From Pristiophorus japonicus (lineage: Eukaryota): DNA of 59,935 nt. Location: contig NC_091991.1 in the NCBI RefSeq assembly GCF_044704955.1, positions 181,474,001 to 181,533,935 of the forward strand, written 5' to 3'. Positions 49,996 to 59,935 of the stretch are shown in pieces. The translations under genes and the position numbers were made by a program. The notes beneath the pieces were generated by a model. That model ran no database searches and was not told where the DNA came from. It saw only the letters and a program-made list of their open reading frames with translations. Position 1 is the stretch's first letter. Each line of letters starts with the position of its first letter.

Positions 49996-50487
49996 CTTGC
50001 AAAGAGCTGGCACAGGCTCAACAGGCCAAATGTGCTGTGACCATTCTATGATGCTATGTTGTAACTCAAACAGTCGAGTATTAAACATTCACGGAGGAAG
50101 TGAAACATGAGTACATGAAAGGCTGAGGCGATTCCAAATGCTGACGGCACAAAAGTAGTGCTGCACTATTAGGGTTAAATGACGAGGGCAGGTTACACAG
50201 ACTGGGTTTGTATTCCCTCGAGTATGGAAGATTAATGGATGATATAATCGAGGCGTTTAAGATGATTAAAGGGTTTGAGAGGGTAGATAGAGAGAAACTA
50301 TTCCCTCTGGTGGAGGGAGTCCAGAACAAGGGGGCAGGACCTTAAAATCAGAGCCAGGCCGTTCAGGGGTGATGTCAGGGAGCACTTCTGCACACAAAGG
50401 GTGCTGGGAATCTGGAACTCTCTCCCCCAGAAAGCTGTTGAGGCCGGGGGTCAATTGAAAATTTCAAAGCTGATGGATAGATTTTTG

Positions 50488-51210
50488 GCAGTCCCTCAGA
50501 ATCGAGGAAGACTCGCTTCCACTTTTAAAATGAGTCGTTAGGTGGCTGAACAGTCCAATACGAGAGCCACAGTCCCGGTCACAGGTGGGACAGACAGTGG
50601 TTGAAGGAAAGGGAGGGTGGGACTGGTTTGCCGCACGCTGCCTGCGCTTGGTTTCTGCATGCTCTCGGCGATGAGACTCGAGGTGCTCAGCGCCCTCCCG
50701 GATGCACTTCCTCCACTTAGGGCGGTCTTTGGCCAGGGACTCCCAGGTGTCGGTGGGAATGTTGCACTTTATCAGGGAGGCTTTGAGGGTGTCCTTGTAA
50801 CATTTCCTCTGCCCTCCTTTGACTGGTTTACCGTGAAGGAGTTCCGAGTAGAGCACTTGCTTTGGGAGTCTTGTGTCGGGCATGCAAACAATGTGGCCCG
50901 CCCAGCGGAGCTGATCGAGTGTGGTCAGTGCTTCGATGCTGGGGATGTTGGCCTGGTCGAGGACGCTAACGTTGGTGCGTCTGTCCTCCCAGGGGATTTG
51001 CAGGATCTTGCGGAGACATCGTTGGTGGTATTTCTCCAGCGACTTGAGGTGTCTACTGTATACTGTCCATGCCTGTGAGCCATACAGGAGGGCGGGTATC
51101 ACTACAGCCCTGTAGACCATGAGCTTGGTGGTAGATTTGAGGGTCTGATCTTCGAACACTTTTCCTCAGGTGGCCGAAGGCTGCACTAGCGCACTGAAGG
51201 CGGTGTTGAA
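50488..51210 (-). mobile_element. RTE-clade LINE 3' fragment, nested in a CR1 3' fragment (~50165-51330)
   Basis: YRAVVIPALLYGS, QLRWAGHIV, C-terminal CPTC...H...H finger. The host CR1 reads atagatttttg | ... | aagggtattaagggttac across it. Confidence 0.9.
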
Positions 51211-51779
51211 GGGTATTAAGGGTTACGGAACTGATGCAGGTAAATGGAGTTAAGATGCAGATCAGCTATAATCTAAGTGAATGGTGGAAAGGCTCAAGGG
51301 GCTGAATGGCCTCCTCCTGTTCCTATACATTTCTAAGGGAGTGGGGCATCTGGGGAACACTGGAAAATGTAAATTTTTTGTTTTAAAAATTATGCGTTTT
51401 AGTTAATTTTAATTAACAGTAACAACTTCCATTTATATAGTGCCTTTAATGTAGAAACAAATGATCCATGGCACTTCACAAAGAGGTGTGGCAAAAAATG
51501 GACGGTGAGCTAAAGGAGATATTTGAAGAGGTAGGTTTTAAGGGTGGTCTCAAAGGAAGAGAGGGAGGTGGAGGGGTTTAAGTTGGGAGTTCCAGAGCCT
51601 GGGGCCGGGCAGCTGAAGGCACAGCCCTGGTGGGGTTAAAGAGGGTGATACAAAGGTGGACAGGGTCAGAGGAATGGAGAGGTCGGGAGTGGGATATAGA
51701 GCTGGAAGAGGTTACAGAGATAGGGAGGAGTGAGGCCTTTTATACCTGCTCTTTGTCAGTCTCCCTCACACATCACCCG

Positions 51780-52381
51780 CACTCCTGTGTGGCTCAGAGA
51801 CAGGGATCATGTTCAGTAAGCACCTCAACTCGCTGGAGAAATACCACGAATGCTGCCTCCGCAAGATCCTCCAAATCCCCTGAGAGTATCCTTGATCAGG
51901 CCAACATCCCCAGCATCGAAGCACTGACCACACTCGACCAGCTCTGTTGGGTGGGTCACATTGTCCGCATGCCCGACACAAGACTCCCAAAGCAAGCGCT
52001 CTACTCAGAACTCCTACACGGCAAGCGAGCCCCAGGTGGGCAGAGGAAACGTTACAAGGACACCCTCAAAGCCTCCTTGATAAAGTGCAACACCCCCACC
52101 GACACCTGGGAGTCCCTGGCCAAAGACCGCCCTAAGTGGAGGAAGAGCATCCGGGAGGGCACTGAGCACCTCGAGTCTCATCGCCGAGAGCATGCAGAAA
52201 CCAAGCGCAGGCAGCGGAAGGAGCGTGCGGCAAACCAGTCCCACCCTCCCTTTCCTTCAACCACTGTCTGTCCCACCTGTGACAGAGACTGTAATTCCCG
52301 TATTGGACTGTTCAGCCACCTAAGAACTCACTGTTAGAGTGGAAGCAAGTCTTCCTCGAGTTTGAGGGACTGCCTATGATG
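51780..52381 (+). mobile_element. RTE-clade LINE 3' fragment
   Basis: Same family as 50488-51210; flanked by a duplicated gctctttgtcagtYtccctcacacatcacc (51748 and 52381). Confidence 0.9.
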
Positions 52382-52521
52382 CTCTTTGTCAGTTTCCCTC
52401 ACACATCACCAGCCTCCACCACTCTTCCCTCTTCGCCCTCTCATCATCTATCTGATGACATTCATTATTGTCTGTGCCCCCCCGCATTAACCACCTTCCC
52501 CCCTCCACTCTTTATCTGTGT

Positions 52522-53000
52522 CATAAGAACATAAGAACATAAGAATTAGGAACCGGAGTAGGCCATCTAGCCCCTCGAGCCTGCTCCGCCCTTCAACAAG
52601 ATCATGGCTGATCTGGCCGTGGACTCAGCTCCACTTACCCGCCCGCTCCCCGTAACCCTTAATTCCCTTATTGGTTAAAAATCTATCTATCTGTGACTTG
52701 AATACATTCAATGAGCTAGCCTCAACTGCTTCCTTGGTTAGAGAATTCCACAGATTCACAACCCTCTGGGAGAAGAAATTCCTTCTCAACTCGGTTTTAA
52801 ATTGGCTCCCCCGTATTTTGAGGCTGTGCCCCCTAGTTCTAGTCTCCGCGACCAGTGGAAACAACCTCTCTGCCTCTATCTTGTCTATCCCTTTCATTAT
52901 TTTAAATGTTTCTATAAGATCACCCCTCATCCTTCTGAACTCCAACGAGTAAAGACCCAGTTTACTCAATCTATCATCATAGGGTAACCCCCTCATCTCC
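52522..53000 (-). mobile_element. 5'-truncated young CR1 (same subfamily as 27818)
   Basis: Near-identical to 27818-28290. Confidence 0.95.
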
Positions 53001-53057
53001 TCCTACTCACCTCTCTCCCCTAGTTCCTCATCAGTTTCCCCTCAGTCATTGCCTGAA

Positions 53058-53372
53058 TAGCACTTCCAAAGCCCGCGACCTCTACCACCTAGAAGGACAA
53101 GGGCAGCAGGCGCATGGGAACACCACCACCTCCACGTTCCCCTCCCAGTCGCACACCATCCTGACTGGGAAATATATCGGCCGTTCCTTCATCGTCGCTG
53201 GGTCACAATCCTGGAACTCCCTCCCTAACAGCACTGTGGGAGCACCTTCACCACACGGACTGCAGCGGTTCAAGGCGGCGGCTCACCACCACCTTCTCAA
53301 GGGGCAATTAGGGATGGGCAATAAATGCCAGCCTTGCCAGTGACGCCCACACCCCGGGAACGAATGGAAAAA
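53058..53372 (+). mobile_element. LINE 3' end (CR1/L2 group, distinct family)
   Basis: Dispersed copy at 43680; encodes a WNSLP motif; AATAAA and A-rich end. Confidence 0.6.
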
Positions 53373-54089
53373 AAACCTTCCACTCACCTCCCCCACCCCA
53401 CACATCATATATTCTCCCTCACTCATTGTCTGTTTATTTTCGCTTGTGGTTTGAGCAACAATAATCTGAATGAGGCAGGGAATCAGAGGGAAGATTATCA
53501 CTCCCTGTTTCCCCAGACCTTGCTCTTCTCACTCCAAATGCTGATTTTACACCACAGTAGACTGCTTCCTGCCGGGCTGTGGGGAAAGAGCATTGGGAGT
53601 GGGTCGAATTGGATAGCTCTCTCACAGAACTGTCACAGGCACGATGGGCTGAATGGCCTCCTTCTGTGCTGTAAGATTCTATGATTCTTCTGAAGTGCTG
53701 CAGGTGGGTAAAGACACTACCCAGGCTGATTTTAAATCATAGATTGATAGCTTTTTGTTTATAAAAAAGATATTAAGGGATATGGGGCAAAGGCAGGTAT
53801 ATGGAGTTAGGTTGCAGATCAGCCATAATCTCATTGAATAGCACAACAGACTCCAGCGGCTGGATGTTCCTATGTTCCCTCCTGTTGAGAAATGAGACAT
53901 GATGTGAGGGCCAGGATAGGGATTGGCTGTGATGCCTGTCACAGTTGAACAGTGTGCCAAATGCCTAGGCTCATGAAGAATGGGGACATGGGTGAGGTGC
54001 TGAAGGGGGCCCTGTGCTCGTACTGCAGGAAGCAGCCAGAGGACTTTGGGGGAGGAATCAGAGGGAGGCAAGGGTCCTGAGCCCAGGGT

Positions 54090-54218
54090 GAGTGATTGAC
54101 AGCAGTAGCCCCGCCCTCTGTCGGATTGATTGACGGTTGTAGCCCCGCCCTCCGCCGGATGATTGACGGCTGGGGCCGCTGGGTTGGGCAAGTCGCGCTG
54201 CAGCCGCTCACTGTCTCA
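54090..54218 (+). promoter_or_regulatory. Promoter of the MFSD11-like gene: three TGATTGAC(A/G)G motifs interleaved with GC boxes
   Basis: TGATTGACAG at 54093, TGATTGACGG at 54127 and 54160; CCCCGCCC at ~54109 and ~54143; CpG-rich. Confidence 0.7.
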
Positions 54219-54305
54219 ATGGATCGCAGGCTGAGCAACGTTTACCTGCTGGGAATGGGCTTCATGCTCATCTTCACCGCCTTCACCACCTGCGGCAACA
54301 TCGAG
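54219..54305 (+). CDS. MFSD11: First coding exon of an UNC-93-like MFS protein (MFSD11 or a paralog): MDRRLSNVYLLGMGFMLIFTAFTTCGNIE
   Basis: Matches the MFSD11 TM1 signature (LG..F...FTAF.TCGN); phase-0 GAG|GTCAG donor. Ortholog versus paralog is unresolved, and no further exons were recognised in the window. Confidence 0.8.
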
Positions 54306-54349
54306 GTCAGGCTCAACCCCGCTCAGTGTAAGGGTAGCAGGTTCCCGGG

Positions 54350-55730
54350 AGGGTGAGTGACTGGGGAGGGTCAGAGTGACTGGGCTGGGGTTAGAGCGAC
54401 CGGGGTCAGAGTGACTGGGGAGGTTTAGTGACTGGGTGGGGGGGGGGGCGTTAGAGCGAGTGGGGAAAGTTAGTGACTGGGCTCGGGTCAAAGTGACTGG
54501 GGAAGTTAGAGCGAGTGGGGTGGGGGGAAGTTAGAGCGAGTGGGGGGGGGCGTGTTAGAGGGAGTTGGGGGGGTTAGAGTGAGTGGGGAGTTGGGGGGGG
54601 TTAGAGTGAGTGGGGAGTTGGGGGGGGTTAGAGGGAGTGGGGAGTTGGGGGGGTTAGAGGGAGTGGGGGGTTGGTTAGAGCAAGTGGGGGGGGTTAGAGC
54701 AAGTGGGGGGGTTAGAGCGAGTGGGGGGGGGGGTTAGAGCGAATGGTGGGGTTGGGTTAGAGCGAGTGGGGGGGTGGTTAGAGTGAGTGGGGAAAGTTAG
54801 TGACTGGGCTCGGGTCAAAGTGACTGGGGGAGTTAGAGCGAGAGTGGCGGGGGTGGGGGAGGTTAGAGCGACTGGGGTGGGGGAGTTAGAGCGACTGGGG
54901 TGGGGGAGTTAGAGCGACTGGGGGGGGGGAGTTAGAGCGACTGGGGTGGGGGAGTTAGAGCGACTGGGGGGGGGGAGTTAGAGCGACTGGGGGGGGGGGA
55001 GTTAGAGCGACTGGGGGGGGGGGAGTTAGAGCGACTGGGGGGGGGGGGAGTTAGAGCGACTGGGGGGGGGGGAGTTAGAGCGACTGGGGGGGGGGAGTTA
55101 GAGCGACTGGGGGGGGGGAGTTAGAGCGACTGGGGGGGGGGGAGTTAGAGCGACTGGGGGGGGGGAGTTAGAGCGACTGGGGGGGGGGGAGTTAGAGCGA
55201 CTGGGGGGGGGGAGTTAGAGCGACTGGGGGGGGGGGAGTTAGAGCGACTGGGGCGGGGGGAGTTAGAGCGACTGGGGCGGGGGGAGTTAGAGCGACTGGG
55301 GTGGGGGAGTTAGAACGACTGGGGGGGGTAGTTAGAGCGACTGGGGGGGGGAGTTAGAGCGACTGGAGGGGGGGGAGTTAGAGTGACTGGGGTGGGGGGG
55401 AGTTAGAGTGACTGGGGGGGGGGGGAGTTAGAGCGACGGGGGCGGGGAGTTAGAGCGACTGGGGGGGGTTAGAGCGACTGCGGGGGGGGGGTTAGAGCGA
55501 CTGCGGGGGGGGGTTAGAGCGACTGGGGGGGGTTAGAGCGACGGGGGCGGGGGGTTAGTGCGGCTGGGGGGGGCGGTTAGAGCGAGTGGAGGGGGCGTTA
55601 GAGCGACTGAGGGGAGTTAGAGCGACTGAGGGGGGGGAGATTAGAGCGACGGGGGAGTTGGTGACTGGGCTCGGGTCAAAGTGACTGGGGGGGGTGAGAG
55701 TGACTGGGCTAAGTTAGAGTGTCTGGGCTA
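54350..55730. repeat. G-rich minisatellite, ~22-24-bp unit GGGAGTTAGAGCGACTGGGG(G)n
   Basis: Direct periodicity, homogeneous centre and degenerate edges. Confidence 0.95.
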
Positions 55731-56624
55731 GGGTTACAGTAATGGTTAAGGTGAGAGTAACTGGGCCTGGGTTAGAGTGTATACTCGAGTAACATGAGTA
55801 TAGGTTTGGGTTAACAGGATTACAGTACTCGGGCATGGGCTGAGGTGATAATGTATTTGTTAAAGTGATAGTGCTTGAAGTAAAGTAACAGTGTATGTGT
55901 TAAAGGATCAATATATAACTCAGTTAAATTAGGAATCTACAGTTTAAAGTGGTATAATATCAATTAAAGTAACAATGTATTGGTTAAAGTGACAATATAT
56001 TATTTAAGGTAACAATGTATTGGTTAAAATGGCACTGTATCGACTAAAGTCAGGATTTAAATGGCTTGCAGTGTGCCAGGGCTACAATGTACTGGGATAA
56101 AGGTGCATCGGATCAGAGTTACTCCAAGGGGTGACAGGGATGTGACAATCGGCCTCATTGCCCCCAATCATTATCCAGTGATCACTGCTGGGAAATAGCC
56201 ACGTGTGGGGTGTTTGGCGAGGATGCAGTTTGGTTTGGATGTGATGCTCTCCACAGTCAAATATTCTGATGAATCTCGCTGTCCGGCTCACTCGTAATTA
56301 CTGGCCCCTGGGGTGAAGTAGTGGAGGAGCGACAGCAAGAGGAGGGCAGAGAGCTGCAGAGGGGGAAACAAGCCTGAGGAGAAGAGGCTGAAATAGTTGG
56401 CTGTGCTCGCTATTTACTCATGCACTCACAGCATGTGATCCCAGCACTGGGGCACAAACACTTACTCTGTTCTTCAAATAACTTTATCACCTGCCAGCAG
56501 ACCCATGACCGTGACATCATTTGAACAGGAGTCACAGCCCAGCTCAATGAAAGTCTCTGTTCACAATCACTTTATGTTTACAGCACAGAAGCAGGCCATT
56601 CGGCCCTTCATGGTTCTTTTATCG

Positions 56625-59563
56625 AGCAATCTATATTAATGATCTAGATGAAGGGTCCGAGTTTCATGTATCCAAGTTTGCTGCTGATACAAAGCGAGTG
56701 GGACAGTAAGCTGTGAGGAGAACACAGACTGCAAAGGGATAGAGACAGGTTCAGTGAGTGGGCAGTGAGGTGGCAGATGGAGTATAATGTGGCGAAATGT
56801 GAAGTTATTCACTTTGGTAGGAAGAATAGAAAAACAGAATATTTTTTAAATGGTGGGAAACTTTTAAATGTTGGCGTTCAGAAAGATTTGCGTGTCCTCG
56901 TACAGGAAACACAGAAAGCGAGCATGCAGGTACAGAAAGCGATAAGGAAGGCAAATGGCATGTTGGCCTTTATTGCCAAGGAGTTGGAGTACAAGAGTAA
57001 GGAAGTCTTGCTCCAATTGTACAGGGCCTTGGTGAGACCACACCTGGAGCACTGTGCACAGTTTTGGTCTCCTTATCTAAGGAAGGATATACTTGCCTTG
57101 GAGGCAGTGCAACAGAGGTTCACCAGACTGATTCCTGGGATGAGAAGGCTGTCTTATGATTAGAGATTGTGTAGGTTGGGCCTGCACTCTCCAGAAATTA
57201 GAAGAATCAGAAATTATCTCATCGAAACATACAAGATTCTGAAGGGGATTGACAGGGTTGATGCTGAGAGGTTGTTTATGAAAGGGAAATCATGTTTGAC
57301 AAATTTGCTGGAGTTCTTTGAGGATGTAACGAGCAGGGTGGATAAGGGGGAACCAGAGGATGTGGTGTATTTGGATTTCCAGAAGGCATTCGATAAGGTG
57401 CCACATAAAAGGTTACTGCACAAGATAAAAGTTCACTGGGTTGGGGGTAATATATTAGCATGGATAGAGGATTGGCTAACTAACAGAAAACAGAGAGTCG
57501 GGATAAATGGGTCATTTTCCGGTTGGCAAACAGTGAATAGTGGGGTGCCGCATGGATAGGTGATGGGGCATCAACTATTTACAATCTATATTAATGACTT
57601 GGATGAAGGGACCGAGTGTAATGTAGCCAAGTTTGCTGATTATTGAAGGTTGGCATGCAGGTGCAGCAGGCGGTTAAGAAAGCAAATGGCATGTTGGCCT
57701 TCATAGCAAGGGGATTTGAGTACAGGGGCAGGGAGGTGTTGCTACAGTTGTACAGGGCATTGGTGAGGCCACACCTGGAGTATTGTGTACAGTTTTGGTC
57801 TCCTAACCTGAGGAAGGACATTCTTGCTATTGAGGGAATGCAGCGAAGGTTCACCAGACTGATTCCCGGGATGGCGGGACTGACCTATCAAGAAAGACTG
57901 GATCAACTGGGCTTGTATTCACTGGAGTTCAGAAGAATGAGAGGGGACCTCATAGAAACATATAAAATTCTGACAGGGTTAGACAGGTTAGATGCAGGAA
58001 GAATGTTCCCAATGTTGGGGAAGTCCAGAACCAGGGGTCACAGTCTAAGGATAAGGGGTAAGCCATTTAGGACCGAGATGCGGAGGAACTTCTTCACCCA
58101 GAGAGTGGTGAACCTGTGGAATTCTCTACCACAGAAAGTTGTTGAGGCCAATTCACTAAATATATTCAAAAAGGAGTTAGATGAGGTCCTTACTGCTAGG
58201 GGGATCAAGGGGTATGGCGAGAAAGCAGGAATGGGGTACTGAAGTTGAATGTTCAGCCATGAACTCATTGAATGGCGGTGCAGGCTAGAAGGGCCGAATG
58301 GCCTACTCCTGCACCTATTTTCTATGTTTCTATGTTTCTATTATACAAAGATACGTGGGAAAGCAAGATGTGAGGAGGACACAAAAAAATTTCAAAGGGA
58401 TATAGACAGGCTAAGTGAGTGGGCAAACATTTGGCAGATGGAGTATAATGTGGGAAAATGTGAGGTTATCCACTTTGGCAGAAAAAATAAAAAAGCAAAT
58501 TATCATTTAAATGGAGAGAGATTACAAAATGCTGCAGTACAGAGGGACCTGGGGGCCCTTGTGCATGAAACACAAAAAGTGAATATGCAGATACAGCAAG
58601 TAATCAGGAAGGCAAATGGAATGTTGGTCTTTATTGCAACGGGGATGGAGTGTAAAAGCAAAGAAGTCCTGCTACAACTGTACAGGGTATTGGTGAGGCC
58701 ACACCTGGAGTACTGCATACAGTTTTGATCTCCTTATTTAACGAGGGATATACTTGCATTGGAGGCTGTTCAGAGAAGGTTCACTAGGTTGATTCCTGAG
58801 ATGGAAAAGTTGGGCCTATACTCATGGGGGTTTAGAAGAATGAGAGTTGATCTTATTGAAACACATAAGATTCTGAGAGGGCTCGACAAGGTAGATGCAG
58901 AGAGGATGTTTCCCCTCGTGGGGGAATCTAGAACTAGGGGGCATAGTTTCAGAATAAGGGGCCGCCCATTTAAAACTGAGATGAGGAGGAATTTCTTCTC
59001 TCTGAGGGTTGTAAACCTGTGGAATTCTCTGCCCCAGAGAGCTGTGGAGGCTGGGTCATTAAATATATTTAAGGCGGAGATAGACAGATTTTTGAGCGAT
59101 AAGGGAGTAAAGGGTTATGGAGAGCGGGCAGGGAAGTGGAGCTGAGTCCATGATCAGATCAGCCATGATCTAATTGAATGGCGGAGCAGGCTCAAGGGGC
59201 CGGGTGGCCGACTCCTGCTCCTATTTCTTATGTTTCCCCTGGCTGGAATGTCTAGAACTAAGGGAGCATAGTCTCAGGATACGGGATAGGTCATTTAAGA
59301 CAGAGATGAGGAGGAATTTCTTCACTCAGAGGGTTTTAATCTTTGCAATTCTGTACCCCAGAGGGCTGTGGATGCTGAGTCTTTGAGTATACTCAAGGTT
59401 GATATCGATAGATTTTTGGAGTCCAGGGGAATCGAGGGATATGGGGATCGGGCGGGAAAGTGGAGTTGAGGTCGAAGATCAGCCATGATCTTATTGAATG
59501 GCGGAGCAGGCTCGAGGGGCTGTATGACCCACTCCTGCTCCTACTTCTTATGTTCTTATGTTC
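56625..59563 (+). mobile_element. Three nested CR1 copies: outer 56625-57276 + 59236-59563, middle 57277-57641 + 58341-59235, inner 57642-58340
   Basis: RT peptides resume exactly across each junction (ERLF|PL; KFAD|YTK); three separate 3'UTRs and tails. Confidence 0.88.
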
Positions 59564-59565
59564 CA

Positions 59566-59730
59566 TCCAAAACTAATCCCACTGCCCCACTCTCTCCCAA
59601 TAGTCCTGTATCAATCCCCAAACTAATCCCACTGCCCCTCTCTCCCCATCGTCCTGTATCAATCCCAAATTAATCCCACTGCCCCGCTCTCTCCCCATAG
59701 CCCTGTATCAATCCCAAACTAATCCCACTT
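59566..59730. repeat. ~50-bp tandem repeat, ~3 copies
   Basis: Repeated aaactaatcccactgcccc.ctctctcccc.at.g.cctgtatcaatccc. Confidence 0.8.
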
Positions 59731-59817
59731 CCCGGCTCTCGCGCCAAAACTCTTGATTTTAAAAATCTCAATAAATCACCTCTTCGCTTTCTCTGTTCCA
59801 ATAGAGATCGTCCCATT

Positions 59818-59935
59818 ATCTCTCCCTGCCCCTCTTTCTCTCTCCCTGCCCCTCTTTCTCTCTCCCTGCCCCTCTTTCTCTCTCCCTGCCCCTCTTTCTC
59901 TCTCCCTGCCCCTCTTTCTCTCTCCCTGCCCCTCT
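59818..59935. repeat. 20-bp polypyrimidine tandem repeat (TCTCCCTGCCCCTCTTTCTC), runs off the window
   Basis: Perfect periodicity. Confidence 0.95.

Noticed and set aside
54500-55650. Interstitial telomeric sequence (GGGTTAG)
   Set aside because: No tandem TTAGGG; the heptamer is only part of longer units.

Overview
Vertebrate genomic DNA. The repeat content (CR1, L2 and RTE LINEs, Deu-domain-like SINEs, Gypsy LTR elements) points to a cartilaginous fish, which is an inference. The window holds three host-gene components. (1) A complete 7-exon UBFD1 gene on the minus strand (CDS 27332 to 6805, 292 aa; every intron read as GT-AG with compatible phases). (2) The first coding exon of an MFSD11/UNC-93-like gene on the plus strand (54219-54305), head-to-head with UBFD1. 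(3) A CpG/CCAAT promoter and signal-peptide first exon on the minus strand (3025-3081), tentatively ERN/IRE1. The 27 kb between UBFD1 and the MFSD11-like gene is almost all transposons: a near-full-length CR1, a complete Mag-like Gypsy element with 248-bp LTRs and a 5-bp TSD, and an outer gag-protease-only LTR element that split an older CR1. The most unusual observations are a promoter minisatellite of 12 PBX/PKNOX-type decamers plus GC boxes, echoed at the divergent gene; G-skewed tandem arrays starting just after the first exon of all three genes; inverted 67-bp arrays bracketing UBFD1 exons; and a 276-bp, ~98% identical inverted duplication. No prokaryotic system and no CRISPR array were found. 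Four N gaps limit what can be read. Repeat boundaries are approximate unless a TSD or terminus is cited.
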